NCBI GenBank assembly: GCA_001805465.1
Contig: MHGH01000013.1
Location: 53,631 to 100,016 of the forward strand
Origin: Omnitrophica WOR_2 bacterium RBG_13_41_10
Lineage (GTDB): Bacteria > Omnitrophota > Gorgyraeia > Gygaellales > Profunditerraquicolaceae
DNA length: 46,386 bases
Reading direction: 5' to 3'
Both the position numbers and the translations under genes were made by a program. Of this stretch, positions 45,047 to 46,386 are shown piece by piece. The stretch's first letter is position 1. Each line of letters starts with the position of its first letter. Under the pieces are notes generated by a model that ran no database searches, was not told the DNA's origin, and saw nothing but the letters and a program-made list of their open reading frames with translations.

Positions 45047-46386
45047 TTACCTACCCGGATCCTGCCAGTCAAATATTTTCTTTTCTGTAGCTACTTCAAA
45101 TATTTCTTCTTTAGGATAATCTTCAATAATATGCCGTGCCGCCAATAATCCCATTTTTATAGAGTGGTCAATATTATTGTAACGATAAAGCCCTTGCCTT
45201 CCAATAGAGATAGCATTTTTTATTTGGGAAATAAGATTTAATAAAGCATTGGTTTTGTAAAAATAATCTAAAGTGTACATCGGATAACAATGTTTGGCCT
45301 TAGTACTAAAATATCCTAGTACTTTGTTTCTGTCATTTAATAGCCCCAATTCGTTTAAATTTTTCAGGCTTCTATCTAATAGCTGCTTGTCTTCTGCCTG
45401 CCAGACTTCATCATCTTCGTTACAGGCTATCTCTAAAGTCAGGCCGGTTTTACCCGGCGGTACGGCTTGTGGCGACCAATTGACTATTTCTTGGATTCTA
45501 AAGAACAGGTATTTATTTTCCGGGATATAAATCCAGGTATTATCGGTAATGCGTTCCTGATCGATCATTAAGTGCAAAAATCTGATACTGCGAAAATCCA
45601 TTTTATCGGCAATAGCGTGGAATTTTTCATCTACACGCGGACGAATACCGCGCACAAAATCAGGCAAAGCTATGGTAGAAATAAAATAATCACCCTTTAT
45701 TTTTACCTGTTCTCCGTTTTTGCGACATAATATATCGGCTATCTGGTTATCGTGCATGGTAATGTGTTCGACTTGCGTATTAAGGTGTATCTTGCCGCCG
45801 TTTCTAGTAACGCGCTCTGCCATCTTCTCGCATATTTGGCCGATACCTTTTTTAGGATAGTAGAATTTGCCTGCATAGGTCTTAGGTTCATCTTTTTTCT
45901 TCCCTAGCATCCTCATAAACACATCCCAAAGATTAATCAAGGATATTCTTTGGTCTGCCCAGGCGCTAGAGATCATATTCGGGGGAATACCCCATAATTT
46001 TTTAGAATATGGCCCAAAATACATATTATATAAAGTCGTACCAAAGCGGTTTATCACCCAACTCTCAAAAGAAGAATCCGGCCGGGGAAATAATTTTTGT
46101 AATAGTGAGGTTAATGAATAATCTAGGAAAGCCCTAAAGGTAAATAAAGGGCTGAGTTTCATAACGATATCCTTTATGTCTAAAGGGTAATTAAAATATT
46201 TACCCTGTAATCTAATCACGCTTTTTCGCGGCTGGACTATTAAGTCATCCAGCATTAAGCCTTCAATCTCTTTTTGGATTTCGGCATCTTTTGTGATAAA
46301 CCTGTGACCGCCTAAGTCATAACAATAATCATCTTTTCTAATAGTCCGGCATAAACCTCCTACTTGGTTTTCAGTTTCTACTACTT
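45047..46386 (-). CDS. FAD-dependent oxidoreductase (amine-oxidase / UDP-galactopyranose-mutase-like fold), N-terminus beyond the window end
   Basis: The track ORF starts at Met 46255. The frame stays open to the window edge (...VVETENQVGGLCRTIRKDDYCYDLGGHRFITKDAEIQKEIEGLMLDD...), which is the typical GG...D.GGH.F segment that follows an FAD-binding N-terminus. Confidence 0.7.
   Translation of the reverse strand, partial: VVETENQVGGLCRTIRKDDYCYDLGGHRFITKDAEIQKEIEGLMLDDLIVQPRKSVIRLQGKYFNYPLDIKDIVMKLSPLFTFRAFLDYSLTSLLQKLFPRPDSSFESWVINRFGTTLYNMYFGPYSKKLWGIPPNMISSAWADQRISLINLWDVFMRMLGKKKDEPKTYAGKFYYPKKGIGQICEKMAERVTRNGGKIHLNTQVEHITMHDNQIADILCRKNGEQVKIKGDYFISTIALPDFVRGIRPRVDEKFHAIADKMDFRSIRFLHLMIDQERITDNTWIYIPENKYLFFRIQEIVNWSPQAVPPGKTGLTLEIACNEDDEVWQAEDKQLLDRSLKNLNELGLLNDRNKVLGYFSTKAKHCYPMYTLDYFYKTNALLNLISQIKNAISIGRQGLYRYNNIDHSIKMGLLAARHIIEDYPKEEIFEVATEKKIFDWQDPGR

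Noticed and set aside
46253-46255. Met at 46255 as the start of the FAD oxidoreductase.
   Set aside because: The reading frame stays open to the window edge. The upstream residues (GG...YDLGGHRF) belong to the conserved FAD-binding N-terminal region, so the gene is truncated by the window rather than starting here.
1-46386. CRISPR arrays, tRNA or rRNA genes, transposases, integrases, and defence or toxin-antitoxin modules.
   Set aside because: I scanned the intergenic gaps and all ORF translations. I found no regularly spaced direct repeats, no cloverleaf with canonical loops, and no transposase, integrase, nuclease-NTPase or small paired toxin-antitoxin ORFs. The only mobile-type element found is the intein.

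Overview
This is a visibly AT-rich, tightly packed bacterial window. All but one of about 44 genes lie on the minus strand, and many starts and stops overlap, which suggests long operons. I could not run any searches, so all calls rest on reading motifs in the translations and on manual base pairing.

In minus-strand transcription order (high to low coordinates) the window contains:
- **46386-40785:** a module rich in radical SAM enzymes. It holds an FAD oxidoreductase (truncated at the window edge), a B12-binding radical SAM, two tandem membrane-anchored winged-helix-like paralogs, a YdjM/DUF457 hydrolase and a radical SAM/SPASM enzyme.
- **40783-36038:** a very large GT-C-like membrane protein, the only plus-strand gene (SGNH/AlgJ-like), a methyltransferase and the only large non-coding gap (548 bp).
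- **36037-12159:** a roughly 24 kb glycan and envelope-sugar cluster. It includes a carbamoyltransferase-SxtJ-DUF5989 triad, a second radical SAM plus GT-C pair, and an O-antigen-ligase-like protein. It also includes an rfbF-rfbG-SDR-ThDP enzyme-rfbH set, GT2 and GT9 transferases, a ManC-like enzyme, a DegT aminotransferase, a GT87-like protein and a CE4 deacetylase.
- **12155-1:** housekeeping genes gmhB, a UgtP-like GT28, priA, fmt, two tandem GalT-like genes, gap-pgk-tpiA-secG, a BT1-type MFS transporter, MarC and the start of glgC.

The most notable observations are:
1. A canonical 452-aa intein carrying a LAGLIDADG endonuclease, inserted in a CDP-paratose-2-epimerase-like SDR.
2. A GC-enriched, strongly self-complementary element of about 271 nt in the 548 bp gap. 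It may be a structured RNA or a MITE. Nearby are odd tandem GC hairpins and a near-consensus promoter overlapped by a palindrome.
3. A duplicated two-gene cassette, radical SAM/SPASM followed by a giant GT-C-like membrane protein.
4. The uncharacterised radical SAM, B12 and FAD module with its tandem membrane winged-helix proteins.
5. A yersiniose-like pathway for a branched CDP-deoxysugar, with no E3 reductase in the window.
6. A GalT paralog lacking the nucleophilic His, and a PriA with a degenerate Walker A motif.
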